The notes under the pieces were generated by a model. The model was not told where the DNA came from, made no database searches, and worked only from the letters and a program-made list of their open reading frames with translations. Positions 18,660-28,868 of a stretch of DNA of 64,000 nt are shown piece by piece (within the stretch, counting starts at the first letter, position 1; each line of letters begins with the position of its first letter). The DNA comes from Candidatus Latescibacterota bacterium (lineage in GTDB: Bacteria > Latescibacterota > UBA2968): assembly GCA_965116885.1 (NCBI GenBank), contig OZ220741.1:1664001-1728000 (forward strand), read 5' to 3'. The translations under genes and the position numbers were made by a program.

Positions 18660-19913
18660 CTAACTTCTTTCCACCTCTACCCACAATTCGTTCAGCCCGC
18701 GCAAAGTGATCTGGTGTCGGCGCACGGGTTCGGCGCTTAGTCGAATTGAGGCGTATCGCTTCAGCAGGGCGGCAAAGGCTACTTTGGCTTCCATTACGGC
18801 AAGCGACGCGCCCAGGCAGTAATGGATGCCGCGTCCGAAGGAGAGGTGGCTCGTTTTCTTTCGGCCTATGTCCAGGGTATTGGGATCGGCAAACACAGAG
18901 GGGTCGCGGTTTGCTGCGCCGATCAGGGAGATGACGGGTTGGCCTGCGCGGATTCGCTTGTTGCGGATTTCCACATCTTCAAGCGCGATGCGCCGGTCCA
19001 TCTGAACGGGTGGGTCGTATCTGAGAAATTCGTGTATTGCCTGGTCCAGCAAGTCGGGCTGGCGGCGGAGACGCTGGAATTGGTCGGGATTTCTCAGGAG
19101 GGCGAGCATGCCGTTGCCGATCAGGTTGCGCGTTGTTTCGTTGCCGGCCACGAGCAAGAGGATCAGGGTTGTCACCAGTTCTGCGTGCGTCAAGCGGTCA
19201 CCCGCTTCTTCTGCAGCTACGAGGTCGCTGGTCAGGTCGGCCCGTGGTTTGCGCCGTCGCTGTGCTATGATTTCCTCGAAGTACACTTCCAGTTCTACCC
19301 GGGCCTGTCGCGCCCGTTTGATGTTTTCGTCGTCGAGGATCGGTTCGATGCTGAGTGAAATCAGGCTTGACCACGCTTTGAATCGGTCCAGGTCCTCGGT
19401 GTGGACCCCCAGCATTTGGGCGATGACAATAACCGGCAGGGGAAATGCGAAGGCGTTCATCAGGTCGAAGCGGGTTTGTCCTTCGATGGCGTGCAGAAGA
19501 TCGTCGGCAATTTGTTCGACTTTGGGCTGAAGAGCTGTGACAGATTTGGGGGTGAATGCCCTGGAGACCAGGGCGCGCAGCCGGGTATGGTCAGGGGGAT
19601 CAAGGGCGAGCATGCCCAGAGGGCCGATGCGGACATAAGTATCGGTGGGCAGTCCCTGGTTGGAAAAACGCGCGTGATCCCGCAAAATGGCATCCACGTC
19701 CCGGTAGCTGCTTATCGCCCACGCATCGATCAGTCTCATGCGGTGGATTGGGTCTTTGCGGCGCAATTTTTCGTACAGGTCGTATGGATCGGCGAGGACT
19801 TCGTCGGAACCGGGGTGGTAGGCAACGCCCGATTCGAGGCGTTCATAGGTGAGCAGCGCCCGCGCGGCAAGCGGCTTGAGACTGTTCTCGATTGCCCGGG
19901 TTATTGAAGTCAT
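18660..19913 (-). CDS. Cytochrome P450
   Basis: DPPDHTRLR, I-helix AGNETT, K-helix EFLR, heme ligand FGRGIHYCLG; ATG 19913 with AAGGA RBS. Confidence 0.96.
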   Translation of the reverse strand: MTSITRAIENSLKPLAARALLTYERLESGVAYHPGSDEVLADPYDLYEKLRRKDPIHRMRLIDAWAISSYRDVDAILRDHARFSNQGLPTDTYVRIGPLGMLALDPPDHTRLRALVSRAFTPKSVTALQPKVEQIADDLLHAIEGQTRFDLMNAFAFPLPVIVIAQMLGVHTEDLDRFKAWSSLISLSIEPILDDENIKRARQARVELEVYFEEIIAQRRRKPRADLTSDLVAAEEAGDRLTHAELVTTLILLLVAGNETTRNLIGNGMLALLRNPDQFQRLRRQPDLLDQAIHEFLRYDPPVQMDRRIALEDVEIRNKRIRAGQPVISLIGAANRDPSVFADPNTLDIGRKKTSHLSFGRGIHYCLGASLAVMEAKVAFAALLKRYASIRLSAEPVRRHQITLRGLNELWVEVERS

Positions 19914-19931
19914 CGTTGCGTTCCTTAACAC

Positions 19932-19966
19932 AAAAGCCCCGTTTGACCTTTGTCAGACGGGGCTTT
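19932..19966 (-). terminator. Intrinsic terminator after histone-like gene
   Basis: Minus strand AAAGCCCCGTCTGAC-AAAG-GTCAAACGGGGCTTTT hairpin ending in a T tract. Confidence 0.75.
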
Positions 19967-19992
19967 CGATATTGGCGGGTATATCTGCGGAC

Positions 19993-21213
19993 TCAAGCGT
20001 TCTTCAGGGCATTTACCGCTTCTATCAGTCGCCGATCGGCTTTGTAGCGCAACTCTAAGATCGCGTCTATATCCGATAGTGCGTTGGACTCGGCCTGTAG
20101 TCGGCACACGTCAATGCGGTCTGATAGGGCATTCATCACCACGTCGAGCAACATCAAATCTGTGACATCGTCGGCTACCATACACTCATCCGCCAGAACT
20201 TTGCGGATCATTTCCAGGGGCTTTTTGAGCCTTTCGGCGTCCGGGATGGTTTCGCTATTTCCGTTGTTGACCAGTTCGGGCGACAAGCTGCCGAGAAAGC
20301 CTTCGCTAATGAATTGCCGCGTTTTGTCTTCGGTCCAGGATTGCGCCAAAATTTGTGTCAGTTTGTTCGATGGTTGATTGGGTTTCTGGCTGCGACTGCG
20401 ATCGCTTGTGCGCTTTGAAGACCGCTGTTTATTCTGATTGCTCTGATTGCTCTGATTGCTCTGATTGCGTCCGCTATGTGGGCGAGATACTTTGCGCGTG
20501 TCTTTTTGGCGGGGCACATTGCGGATATCTTCTTTTTTTGGTTCATCCCGCTTGCCCTGAGCAGGCGTTTCGGTTTGCGCTGGTTCCGCTGATGCTTGAA
20601 CGGTTTTTTCCTCTGTATTCGCGTCCTGCCGCCGAGTGGGTTGAACAGGTGTGCTTACACTGGCGCGGTCTTCCCAGCCAATTGGTGCAGACCGCCTTGT
20701 TCGACGCCCCCATTGCATTTCTTCTGGTTGCACATCCTGGGGCGTTTGTGTTTGCGCGGTTTCTGCCTCTTTTCGATTCTGTTCGGCTGAAGCCTTTGCC
20801 TGGACCTTTTCCCTTCGCTGTCTGGATGGCGGCGATGAGATCACCGTGCGCTCTTCCTGTGCGGCAGGCATTTCAGCCTTTTTTGCAGGCTTCTTGGCTT
20901 GCTGCGCTGGTTTCCTGGCCTGTTTTACAGGCTTTTTTGCAGGTTTTTTGGCCTGTTTTACAGGCTTTTTGGCTGTTTTTTTAGTTGCCTGCTTTTTAGC
21001 TGTTTTTTTAGTTGCCTGCTTTTTCGCAGGTTTTTTGGACGATTGCTTTTTCGATACACGCGGTGTAGAAGACCTGGTGTTCGTTTTTTTAGCTGGCTTT
21101 TTAGCTGTTTTTTTAGTTGCCTGCTTTTTTGACGGACGTTTTGCTTTTTTGGCTGTGGATGTTGCGCCTTCAGTTTCCCGAGGTTCATCAGTCTGTGATT
21201 TCGTTTTTGCCAT
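19993..21213 (-). CDS. Histone-H1-like Lys/Ala/Pro-rich protein with disordered linker and C-terminal helical domain
   Basis: Repeats KKQATKKTA and KKPAKK; NQS repeats; folded-looking last ~110 aa; AAAGGA RBS, own promoter and terminator. Confidence 0.7.
   Translation of the reverse strand: MAKTKSQTDEPRETEGATSTAKKAKRPSKKQATKKTAKKPAKKTNTRSSTPRVSKKQSSKKPAKKQATKKTAKKQATKKTAKKPVKQAKKPAKKPVKQARKPAQQAKKPAKKAEMPAAQEERTVISSPPSRQRREKVQAKASAEQNRKEAETAQTQTPQDVQPEEMQWGRRTRRSAPIGWEDRASVSTPVQPTRRQDANTEEKTVQASAEPAQTETPAQGKRDEPKKEDIRNVPRQKDTRKVSRPHSGRNQSNQSNQSNQNKQRSSKRTSDRSRSQKPNQPSNKLTQILAQSWTEDKTRQFISEGFLGSLSPELVNNGNSETIPDAERLKKPLEMIRKVLADECMVADDVTDLMLLDVVMNALSDRIDVCRLQAESNALSDIDAILELRYKADRRLIEAVNALKNA
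20434..20468. repeat. 9-bp in-frame tandem repeat (CTGATTGCT) encoding NQS
   Basis: About four units, seen directly. Confidence 0.85.
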
Positions 21214-21267
21214 ACTATCCTTTCACAAATGTTAGCTCAAATTTAATTTAAGTCTTTGCATAATCAT

Positions 21268-21296
21268 AATATAGACAAAACTGCCCACAATTTCAA
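21268..21296 (-). promoter_or_regulatory. Sigma70-type promoter for histone-like gene
   Basis: Minus strand TTGAAA-17 nt-TATATT. Confidence 0.5.
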
Positions 21297-21307
21297 CCAA
21301 ACACACA

Positions 21308-21336
21308 AAAAAAGGGCTGACCAGCGGTCAGCCCTT
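21308..21336 (-). terminator. Intrinsic terminator of groES-groEL
   Basis: AAAGGGCTGACC-N3-GGTCAGCCCTTT hairpin followed by a T run on the minus strand. Confidence 0.85.
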
Positions 21337-21368
21337 TGTGGAAGTCGAGCATATTTTGACAGTCCGAT

Positions 21369-22994
21369 TTAGTGCATGTGCCCGTGATGGGGGTCGTGGG
21401 CGGGCGCAGCACCTTCGTTTTCTTCTGGCATATCTGTCACCAGAGCTTCGGTTGTCAATAATAGCCCCGCGATAGACGCTGCATTTTCGATTGCAGTGCG
21501 CACCACTTTTGTGGGGTCAATCACACCGGAATCTACCAGGTCTTCATATTGCTCGGTGCGTGCATTAAACCCATAAGCGCCTTCGCCTTCGTTCACTTTT
21601 TGCGCGACGAGGCTGCCTTCTAAGCCGGCATTATCGGCGATTTGACGCAGCGGGGCTTGCAGTGCGCGACGCACGATATCTACGCCTGTGCTCTGGTCGC
21701 CATGCACATCCGTTTCGTCTAATGCGCCAAGGCTGCGCAGGAGGGCGACTCCGCCGCCGGGCACGATGCCTTCTTCAACTGCAGCGCGCACGGAATGGAG
21801 TGCATCTTCGACGCGGGCTTTCTTTTCTTTCATTTCTGTTTCTGTTGCCGCACCAACATTGATGACGGCCACACCACCGGCCAATTTTGCCAATCGCTCT
21901 TCGAGTTTTTCGCGGTCGTAGTCAGAGGTGGTATCTTCGATCTGCCGACGGATCTGGCTCGTTCTGCCCTGGATATCGGCTATAGATCCCACGCCTTCTA
22001 CAATTGTAGTGTTGTCTTTGTCGATGACTACGCGCTTAGCCTGCCCGAGGTCGCTAATCTCGACGTTTTCGAGCTTAATGCCGAGATCTTCCGTTATCAC
22101 GCGCCCACCTGTTAGCACGGCGATATCACCCAACATTTCTTTGCGGCGATCGCCATATCCCGGTGCTTTTACGGCACAGGCAGCGAGGGTGCCGCGCACT
22201 TTGTTGACGACAAAAGTGGCGAGGGCTTCACCTTCGACATCTTCGGCAATGACCAGAAGCGGCTTGCCAGCACCGGCAACTTTTTCGAGCAGAGGCAATA
22301 AGTCGTTCATGTTTGACAACTTCGCCTCGTGAATGAGGATCAGCGCGTCTTCCAGTATGGCTTCCATGTTTTCCTGATCGGTCACAAAATAGGGCGACAG
22401 ATAACCGCGGTCAAACTGCATTCCTTCAACCACATCCAGTGTTGTCTCGATGCTTTTGGCCTCTTCGACCGTGATTGTGCCGTCTTTGCCGACTTTGTCC
22501 ATTGCGTCAGCTATAATATCACCAATACTGCTGTCGCTGTTGGCGGATATTGTCCCTACTTGTGCAATTGAGTTGCGGTCTTTTACCGGCTGGCTCTGGT
22601 CTTCCAATGCTTTGACTACGGATGCAACAGCCGCGTCGATGCCGCGCTTGAGGTCCATCGGGTTGGCTCCGGCGGTTACATTGCGCAAGCCTTCGCGGAA
22701 GATCGCTTCGGCGAGTACTGTCGCTGTGGTTGTGCCGTCGCCCGCAATGTCAGAAGTCTTGGAAGCGACTTCTTTGACCATCTGCACACCCATGTTTTCG
22801 TAGGCGTCTTCGAGTTCAATTTCTTTTGCTACGGTCACGCCGTCTTTTGTTACGGTGGGGGATCCCCAGGATTTGGCGACAACCACATTTCGTCCAGCAG
22901 GTCCCAACGTGGCTTTCACGGCTTTGCTCAAGAGCGTTACACCGTCGAGAATACGCTCGCGAGCATCTATTCCATAGGCAATCTGCTTTGCCAT
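21369..22994 (-). CDS. groL: Chaperonin GroEL (His-rich C-terminus)
   Basis: [45 protein letters not shown]; ends HDPHHGHMH. Confidence 0.99.
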   Translation of the reverse strand: MAKQIAYGIDARERILDGVTLLSKAVKATLGPAGRNVVVAKSWGSPTVTKDGVTVAKEIELEDAYENMGVQMVKEVASKTSDIAGDGTTTATVLAEAIFREGLRNVTAGANPMDLKRGIDAAVASVVKALEDQSQPVKDRNSIAQVGTISANSDSSIGDIIADAMDKVGKDGTITVEEAKSIETTLDVVEGMQFDRGYLSPYFVTDQENMEAILEDALILIHEAKLSNMNDLLPLLEKVAGAGKPLLVIAEDVEGEALATFVVNKVRGTLAACAVKAPGYGDRRKEMLGDIAVLTGGRVITEDLGIKLENVEISDLGQAKRVVIDKDNTTIVEGVGSIADIQGRTSQIRRQIEDTTSDYDREKLEERLAKLAGGVAVINVGAATETEMKEKKARVEDALHSVRAAVEEGIVPGGGVALLRSLGALDETDVHGDQSTGVDIVRRALQAPLRQIADNAGLEGSLVAQKVNEGEGAYGFNARTEQYEDLVDSGVIDPTKVVRTAIENAASIAGLLLTTEALVTDMPEENEGAAPAHDPHHGHMH

Positions 22995-23009
22995 AATACC
23001 AATCTCCTT

Positions 23010-23297
23010 TTACTGAATAATGCCCAATACGTCGTCTTCGTTTACGATTACGTACTCATCGCCGTCAACTTCAATTTCCGTACCGGAGTATTTGCCAATT
23101 AAAATTTTTTCTCCAGATTTTACCGCTGGCGCGATTACATCTCCATTCTTATTGCGTTTGCCCGGTCCAACGGCAACGACCTCTGCTTCCTGTGGTGTTT
23201 CTTTAGCAGTATCGGGGATGATAATGCCCCCCTTCACTTGCTCATCAGCATCCACCCGTCGCACCAGGATGCGATCGGAAAGCGGACGGACATTCAT
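23010..23297 (-). CDS. groS: Co-chaperonin GroES
   Basis: RPLSDRILV, GGIIIPDTAKE, VVAVGPG, KYSGTEI. Confidence 0.99.
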   Translation of the reverse strand: MNVRPLSDRILVRRVDADEQVKGGIIIPDTAKETPQEAEVVAVGPGKRNKNGDVIAPAVKSGEKILIGKYSGTEIEVDGDEYVIVNEDDVLGIIQ

Positions 23298-23352
23298 GAG
23301 AACCCTCCTTGAAAAACAGTTAAATGTAATAAATTTAATTATTTATATGTTA

Positions 23353-23379
23353 TTAGCACTCTGTTATTTTGAGTGCTAA
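23353..23379. promoter_or_regulatory. CIRCE element (HrcA operator)
   Basis: Perfect TTAGCACTC-N9-GAGTGCTAA upstream of groES. Confidence 0.97.
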
Positions 23380-23387
23380 GGCGGGAA

Positions 23388-23416
23388 AATATACAGAAGC
23401 ACCAATATTTGCGCAA
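23388..23416 (-). promoter_or_regulatory. groESL promoter
   Basis: Minus strand TTGCGC-17 nt-TATATT immediately upstream of CIRCE. Confidence 0.6.
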
Positions 23417-23430
23417 GTGTAAAAAGTGGA

Positions 23431-23500
23431 ATCCGCAGATGGACGCAGATAAAGAAGAAGGGCTGGGAAATGTGAACGACTGTAGGGGCGAGGCATGCGT
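23431..23500 (+). repeat. Composite repeat: 10-bp GCAGAT-type units plus GTAG REP
   Basis: ATCCGCAGATGGACGCAGAT..TGTAGGGGCGAGGCATGC; inverted copy at 37814-37898. Confidence 0.7.
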
Positions 23501-23505
23501 CATCG

Positions 23506-23976
23506 CTATATATCAGCCAGCTTTGTTTTTTTTTGAGCCAGTACTTTTTCCAGATGATCAATTTGCTCTTTGAGCAGTTCGGGGGTTTCTGGCGCACCCG
23601 TTTCTTCAGGTGGCGGTGGAATTTCAGCCGGCAAATGCGCATCTTCCCAATCCCCGTATCCGCCGTCCATCGAGATCACTTTTTCGTATCCCATCGTTTT
23701 CAGGGTTTCGCCAGCGAGGAGGGATCGCACGCCACCTGCACAAATTACAATCACTTCACGCGATTTGTCGGGCATTGCCGCTTCTGCCTGGTATTCCAAT
23801 TCTCCGCGGGGTATGTGTACAGATCCTTTTAAGTGCCCGCGCTCCCATTCGTCCAGTCCGCGCACGTCGAGTAATACGGGATTATTGCCCTCTTCTATAT
23901 AATCATGTACTTCCTGCACGGTCATTTCCGGAATATTTTGACGCGCATCATCCAGCAAATTTTCACGCGACTTCAT
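23506..23976 (-). CDS. Rhodanese-like domain protein
   Basis: LLDVRGLDEWERGHLKGSVHIP, active-site CAGGVRS, MDGGYGDW. Confidence 0.92.
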   Translation of the reverse strand: MKSRENLLDDARQNIPEMTVQEVHDYIEEGNNPVLLDVRGLDEWERGHLKGSVHIPRGELEYQAEAAMPDKSREVIVICAGGVRSLLAGETLKTMGYEKVISMDGGYGDWEDAHLPAEIPPPPEETGAPETPELLKEQIDHLEKVLAQKKTKLADI

Positions 23977-23999
23977 ACGTTTATCTCCTCATTGGTCTT

Positions 24000-26900
24000 T
24001 CAAGCTCTTCCATGGCAATGCTTGTACTTCTTGCCACTGCCACACGGACATGGCGCGTTTCGCCCCACCTTTTTTTCAACGCGCACCGGCTGTTTTTTAG
24101 GCGCATCGCCTTCTGTAGAATTGGCGGTCAATTCATCTTGACCTGGTTCGGGCATGCCGGCAAAGCCCATTCCCGTGGCATCGCGGTGTTCCAATGACAG
24201 GCGTGCGGGCTGCTGGGTGCGCGGCTGTGCGGGTGTTTCTTCAATAGAAATGCGGAATAACAATCGCAATGTTTCTCGGTTGATGTCTTCGAGCAATGCC
24301 ACAAACATCTCGTAACCTTCGCGCTTGTACTCGATCAATGGATTTTTTTGTCCATAACCGCGAAGGCCAATGCCCTCTTTCAGATCGTCCATTTCGCGGA
24401 GGTGTTCTTTCCACTTTTCATCAAAGACGCTCAGGTAAATCATGCGTTCTATCTGGCGCATACGGTCTTCCCCAATGACCCTTTCGCGGCGATCATAAGC
24501 CTCGCGAACCCCGCGCAATACGCGATCTCGCAAACCCGCTTCGCGCAATTGGGGCAGATCTTCATCGGGTATGACAGGTGCTTGCAAAAATACATTGCGC
24601 AAATCGTTCATTAATCCATCGAAATTCCAGTCTTCGGGGTGTGCGTCGGGCGGTATATGAATATCCAATAGCGCATCGATGGTTTCGTCGATCATTTCGC
24701 TGATCATCGCCGAGATATCTTCTTCTTCCAGCGCGTGTCTGCGTCTGTCGTAAATCACTTCGCGCTGTTGATTCATTACGTCGTCGTAATCCAGTACCTG
24801 TTTTCGAAATTCAAAATTGCGCGCTTCAACCCGTTTTTGCGCGGTTTCAATGGATTTTGTCACCCAGCTGTGTTCGATCACTTCGCCTTCTTCAGCGCCC
24901 AGACGGTCCATGACACGGGCAATGCGCTCGGATCCAAATAGACGCATTAAATCGTCTTCCAGTGAGATGAAAAACCGCGAGCTTCCCGGGTCCCCTTGCC
25001 GCCCAGAGCGACCGCGCAATTGCCGGTCGATGCGACGGGATTCGTGTCGTTCAGTGCCAATAATAGTCAATCCACACGGGACTTCATCTCGACACCCGTA
25101 TTCGTCTATGTATGGACACAGGGGCTGGGTGCTATCGGGATTTGCAATCAATGCACACTGGTGCCCTTCGGGCGCTTTTACGATGCCGGGTCCCAGTTTG
25201 ATATCTGTACCGCGCCCGGCCATATTGGTCGCGATTGTCACTGCACCTGGTTGCCCGGCCTGCGCGATGATCTGCGCTTCTTGTACATTTTGTCGGGCAT
25301 TGAGTACCTGGTGTTTGATTTTTTTGCGCGTGAGCATCCGCGAAATTAACTCGGAGGTTTCAACGGAAATTGTGCCGACCAGGACTGGCAATTTTTGTTC
25401 GTGTAAATGCACGATTTCATCGAGTAGAGCATTGTATTTTTCGCGTTTTGTGCGGTAGATCCAGTCGTTAGAATCGATGCGGCGCACCGGCTCATGCGTT
25501 GGAATCGATACCACATCGAGTTTGTAGATTTGATGAAATTCTTCGGCTTCTGTTTCGGCTGTGCCCGTCATTCCCGCCAGTCGGTCATAGAGTCTGAAAT
25601 AATTTTGCAACGTAATGGTTGCCACTGTTTGCGTGTCGCGTTCGACTTTTACCTTTTCTTTTGCTTCCAATGCCTGGTGCAATCCATCGGCAAAACGGCG
25701 TCCGGGCTGTGGCCGTCCCGTAAATTCATCGACGATGACGACCTTGCCGTCGTCGATCATATATTGCACGTCTTTTTCGTATAGAGAATAGGCTTGCAAC
25801 AATTTTCGCACGCTGTGGATAGACTCGTTCTTTTCTCCATAATCCTGATAGGCGGCTTCTTTTGCGTGGTCTTTGTCTGAATCGGATAGCGATTTATTTT
25901 CTTCGATATCCCGAAGTACTTCATCGAGGTCTGGCAATACAAAGTCGTCTGGATTGCGGCTGATTTCGTCGCGTCCCTTTTCTGTCAGGTCGATGATGTG
26001 GCTTTTTTCGTCGATGCTGAAATAGAGGTCTTCGTCCAGTTCGCCCGTGCGCTTGTCGCGGATATAATCGGATTCAACCCGCTGCACGAGGCGCTTGATG
26101 CCCTCTTCCTGGAGTCGCTTCATAAAGCGACTATTTTTGGGCATTCCGCGCTGGACCTGCAATAACAAGATGCCGGCCTCGTATTCGTCGCCGGATTCGA
26201 GTTCTTCTTCTGCTTCTTTCAAAATATTGTTTACGACTCGGGTTTGGGCGCGTACCAATTTTTCGACCAGCGGACGCATTTCTTCATACCGATGCGACGA
26301 GGATTCTGCCACGGGTCCCGAAATGATCAGCGGTGTGCGCGCCTCGTCAATCAGGATGCTATCTACTTCGTCAATAATTGCAAAATAGTGCTCGCGCTGT
26401 ATCAGGTCTTCGGGGCGTATTGCCATGTTATCGTAGAGATAATCAAAACCAAACTGGTCTTTTGTGCCGTACACGATATCCATGAGACAGGCGTCTTTGT
26501 GGTCACACGCGCGCATGCGATACCCGTCTTTACCCTCTTCTTCCATAATAAAACCTTCCACGCCCAACGCGCGATCCTGAATGACGCCTACGGTGAGGCC
26601 CAGGAACAGATACACGGGCCCCAGCCACATGGCGTCGCGCTTGGCGAGGTAGGAGTTTACGGTGACGAGATGCACGCCGCGCCCGAGCAAGCCATTTAAG
26701 TACAGAGCCAGGCCCGCGGCCAGTGTTTTGCCTTCGCCTGTGGCCATTTCGGCGATTTTGCCCTGATGCAATACGGTGGCACCGATTAATTGCACGTCAT
26801 AGGGTATTTCATGCCATACGATTTGGTCGCCAGCCCGGTCCCAGGATTTGCCCCGTTCTTTGAAGCGGCGACATGTTTCCTTAAAGACGGCAAATGCCTC

Positions 26901-27218
26901 TGGATGAATTTCATCGAGCACATCGCGCTCAATATCCTTGATTTCGGCTTCGGTTTCTGCAATGGCTTCCAATTGTTCGGTGCGGTCTTCGTCTCGCTGC
27001 ATCGCGTCCAGTTCTTCTTTGAGCTGATTGAGATGCTTTTGAGCATCATCAGTCGCTTCGGCAATGCGCGTGCGAAATTCTGTTGTTTTGCCTTTTAATT
27101 CCTCGTCGGACAAAGAGGCATATTCTTCGTAGAGTTGATTAATTTCATCCACAATCGGTTGCATTTTCTTTACATCCCGATCGTGTTTGCTGCCGAAAAT
27201 TTTTGTTAAGAAATTCAT
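24000..27218 (-). CDS. secA: Preprotein translocase subunit SecA
   Basis: [63 protein letters not shown]-terminal [13 protein letters not shown]. Confidence 0.99.
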   Translation of the reverse strand: MNFLTKIFGSKHDRDVKKMQPIVDEINQLYEEYASLSDEELKGKTTEFRTRIAEATDDAQKHLNQLKEELDAMQRDEDRTEQLEAIAETEAEIKDIERDVLDEIHPEAFAVFKETCRRFKERGKSWDRAGDQIVWHEIPYDVQLIGATVLHQGKIAEMATGEGKTLAAGLALYLNGLLGRGVHLVTVNSYLAKRDAMWLGPVYLFLGLTVGVIQDRALGVEGFIMEEEGKDGYRMRACDHKDACLMDIVYGTKDQFGFDYLYDNMAIRPEDLIQREHYFAIIDEVDSILIDEARTPLIISGPVAESSSHRYEEMRPLVEKLVRAQTRVVNNILKEAEEELESGDEYEAGILLLQVQRGMPKNSRFMKRLQEEGIKRLVQRVESDYIRDKRTGELDEDLYFSIDEKSHIIDLTEKGRDEISRNPDDFVLPDLDEVLRDIEENKSLSDSDKDHAKEAAYQDYGEKNESIHSVRKLLQAYSLYEKDVQYMIDDGKVVIVDEFTGRPQPGRRFADGLHQALEAKEKVKVERDTQTVATITLQNYFRLYDRLAGMTGTAETEAEEFHQIYKLDVVSIPTHEPVRRIDSNDWIYRTKREKYNALLDEIVHLHEQKLPVLVGTISVETSELISRMLTRKKIKHQVLNARQNVQEAQIIAQAGQPGAVTIATNMAGRGTDIKLGPGIVKAPEGHQCALIANPDSTQPLCPYIDEYGCRDEVPCGLTIIGTERHESRRIDRQLRGRSGRQGDPGSSRFFISLEDDLMRLFGSERIARVMDRLGAEEGEVIEHSWVTKSIETAQKRVEARNFEFRKQVLDYDDVMNQQREVIYDRRRHALEEEDISAMISEMIDETIDALLDIHIPPDAHPEDWNFDGLMNDLRNVFLQAPVIPDEDLPQLREAGLRDRVLRGVREAYDRRERVIGEDRMRQIERMIYLSVFDEKWKEHLREMDDLKEGIGLRGYGQKNPLIEYKREGYEMFVALLEDINRETLRLLFRISIEETPAQPRTQQPARLSLEHRDATGMGFAGMPEPGQDELTANSTEGDAPKKQPVRVEKKVGRNAPCPCGSGKKYKHCHGRA

Positions 27219-27245
27219 TGTGATTATCCTGTGGATAATGAGGTG

Positions 27246-27980
27246 TCACATCCCAAGTTCGATGCGTTCGGCCAAAAAAGGCGGAAGTCCCGCCGATAGA
27301 ATTTTGGCCTGCGCTGTTGCCACATCGTAAGACACGCGGCGCAATTGGAGGTTCCCTTTTTCTCGATCCCACACGACAAAAGCCGCTCGCGCATCGCCGT
27401 CGCGAGGTTGTCCTACACTGCCGACATTTACGAGATAGCGGTCATTGTCGGACAACTGCACTTCTCCTTCGCGTGTAAGTACTGTTTTTTCAGATGCCGA
27501 GCACACAAATGCGCGGTGAGAATGTCCGACAAAACACATTTCGAAATTGGTTTGAGCGAGCATTGACCAGCCATCTTCGGGGTCAAATAAATAGTGCCAC
27601 AACTCGGGTTCAATTGGCGAAGCATGGGCATAGCAATAAGCAGATTCGTTTTGAAAGGGTTGGTAAGATCGCAATAGCGAGGCGTTTTCATCACTCAGCA
27701 TTTGAACGGTCCATTGTATTGCCGCCAGTGCCACGGGGTTAAAAAATCCCGGATCTTCCAGGCCCACTGCCGCCCAATCGTGATTGCCCGCCAGCACGAG
27801 ATCTGATACTTCGCGCACGCGTTCTATACACATATTGGGGTCTGCGCCGTATCCAACCATATCGCCCAAACAAATAATTCGATCTACTTGTGCTTCTGCA
27901 ATTTTTTCCAGCACTGTTTGCAAGGCTTCGAGATTTCCGTGTACATCTGAAAAAATCGCGATGCGTCCAATATTATCCAT
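27246..27980 (-). CDS. Metallophosphoesterase family protein
   Basis: SDVHGN, CLGDMVGYG, GNHD, GHSH, NVGSVGQPRDGD. Confidence 0.92.
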   Translation of the reverse strand: MDNIGRIAIFSDVHGNLEALQTVLEKIAEAQVDRIICLGDMVGYGADPNMCIERVREVSDLVLAGNHDWAAVGLEDPGFFNPVALAAIQWTVQMLSDENASLLRSYQPFQNESAYCYAHASPIEPELWHYLFDPEDGWSMLAQTNFEMCFVGHSHRAFVCSASEKTVLTREGEVQLSDNDRYLVNVGSVGQPRDGDARAAFVVWDREKGNLQLRRVSYDVATAQAKILSAGLPPFLAERIELGM

Positions 27981-28395
27981 TGGGTTGTCCCGCATTCATC
28001 TTGGACAGGGTATCGAGAATACCGTTGATAAAGTTAGAAGCATTGGCTTCGCTAAATTGCTTGGCCAGTTCTATTGCTTCATCAATAGAGACTTTGTAGG
28101 GAATATCTTCGAAATAGCGCATTTCGGCAAGTGCCATCCAGAGGACGATGCGATCTATACGCGAAACCCGATCTAATGACCAATTTTCCAGTACGGGTTC
28201 AATAGATGCGTCCAGTTCTTCGCGGTGGTCCCAGGCTGTTTGGGCCAGATTTATCGCAAAATCCGAGCTCGATGCCGAAAGGCGCGCACGGATGCACATG
28301 GTCTGCGCTGTCTGTTGTACTGGGTCGCCAACGCTCGCGGTCCAATAAAGTGCTTGCAACGCAGCCTGACGCGCTTTGCGTCTTGATTTTATCAT
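27973..28395 (-). CDS. nusB: Transcription antitermination factor NusB
   Basis: [37 protein letters not shown]; follows ribH. Confidence 0.96.
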   Translation of the reverse strand: MIKSRRKARQAALQALYWTASVGDPVQQTAQTMCIRARLSASSSDFAINLAQTAWDHREELDASIEPVLENWSLDRVSRIDRIVLWMALAEMRYFEDIPYKVSIDEAIELAKQFSEANASNFINGILDTLSKMNAGQPNG

Positions 28396-28868
28396 TTTTT
28401 CGACTCCCAGGCAGCGATAACGCCAATCATTTCAATCGCGCCCAGTGCCGCTTCCCACCCCTTATTGCCGGCTTTTGTACCTGCCCTCTCAATCGCCTGT
28501 TCAATGGTATCGGTTGTCAAAATACCAAATACGGTAGGTACACCTGTTTCGCGACCAACAGATGCCACACCTTTTGCGGCTTCGTTGCATACGTAGTCAA
28601 AATGCGGTGTGCTGCCTCTGATTATTGCGCCCAGACAGATAAGCGCGTCATATCGACCGCTTTGCGCCATTTTTTGTGCCATCGTGGGAATTTCAAAACT
28701 TCCCGGCACCCATACCACATCTATGGCATCTGTATCGCCACCGTGCCGCGCAATAGAATCGAGCGCGCCACCGAGCAATTCTTTGCTGATAAACGCATTG
28801 AATCGCGCCACCACAATGCCAAACTGTTTGCCTTTTGCCGATAGCTGACCTTCATAAACTCTGGGCAT
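28392..28868 (-). CDS. ribH: 6,7-dimethyl-8-ribityllumazine synthase
   Basis: [38 protein letters not shown]. Confidence 0.98.
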   Translation of the reverse strand: MPRVYEGQLSAKGKQFGIVVARFNAFISKELLGGALDSIARHGGDTDAIDVVWVPGSFEIPTMAQKMAQSGRYDALICLGAIIRGSTPHFDYVCNEAAKGVASVGRETGVPTVFGILTTDTIEQAIERAGTKAGNKGWEAALGAIEMIGVIAAWESKK

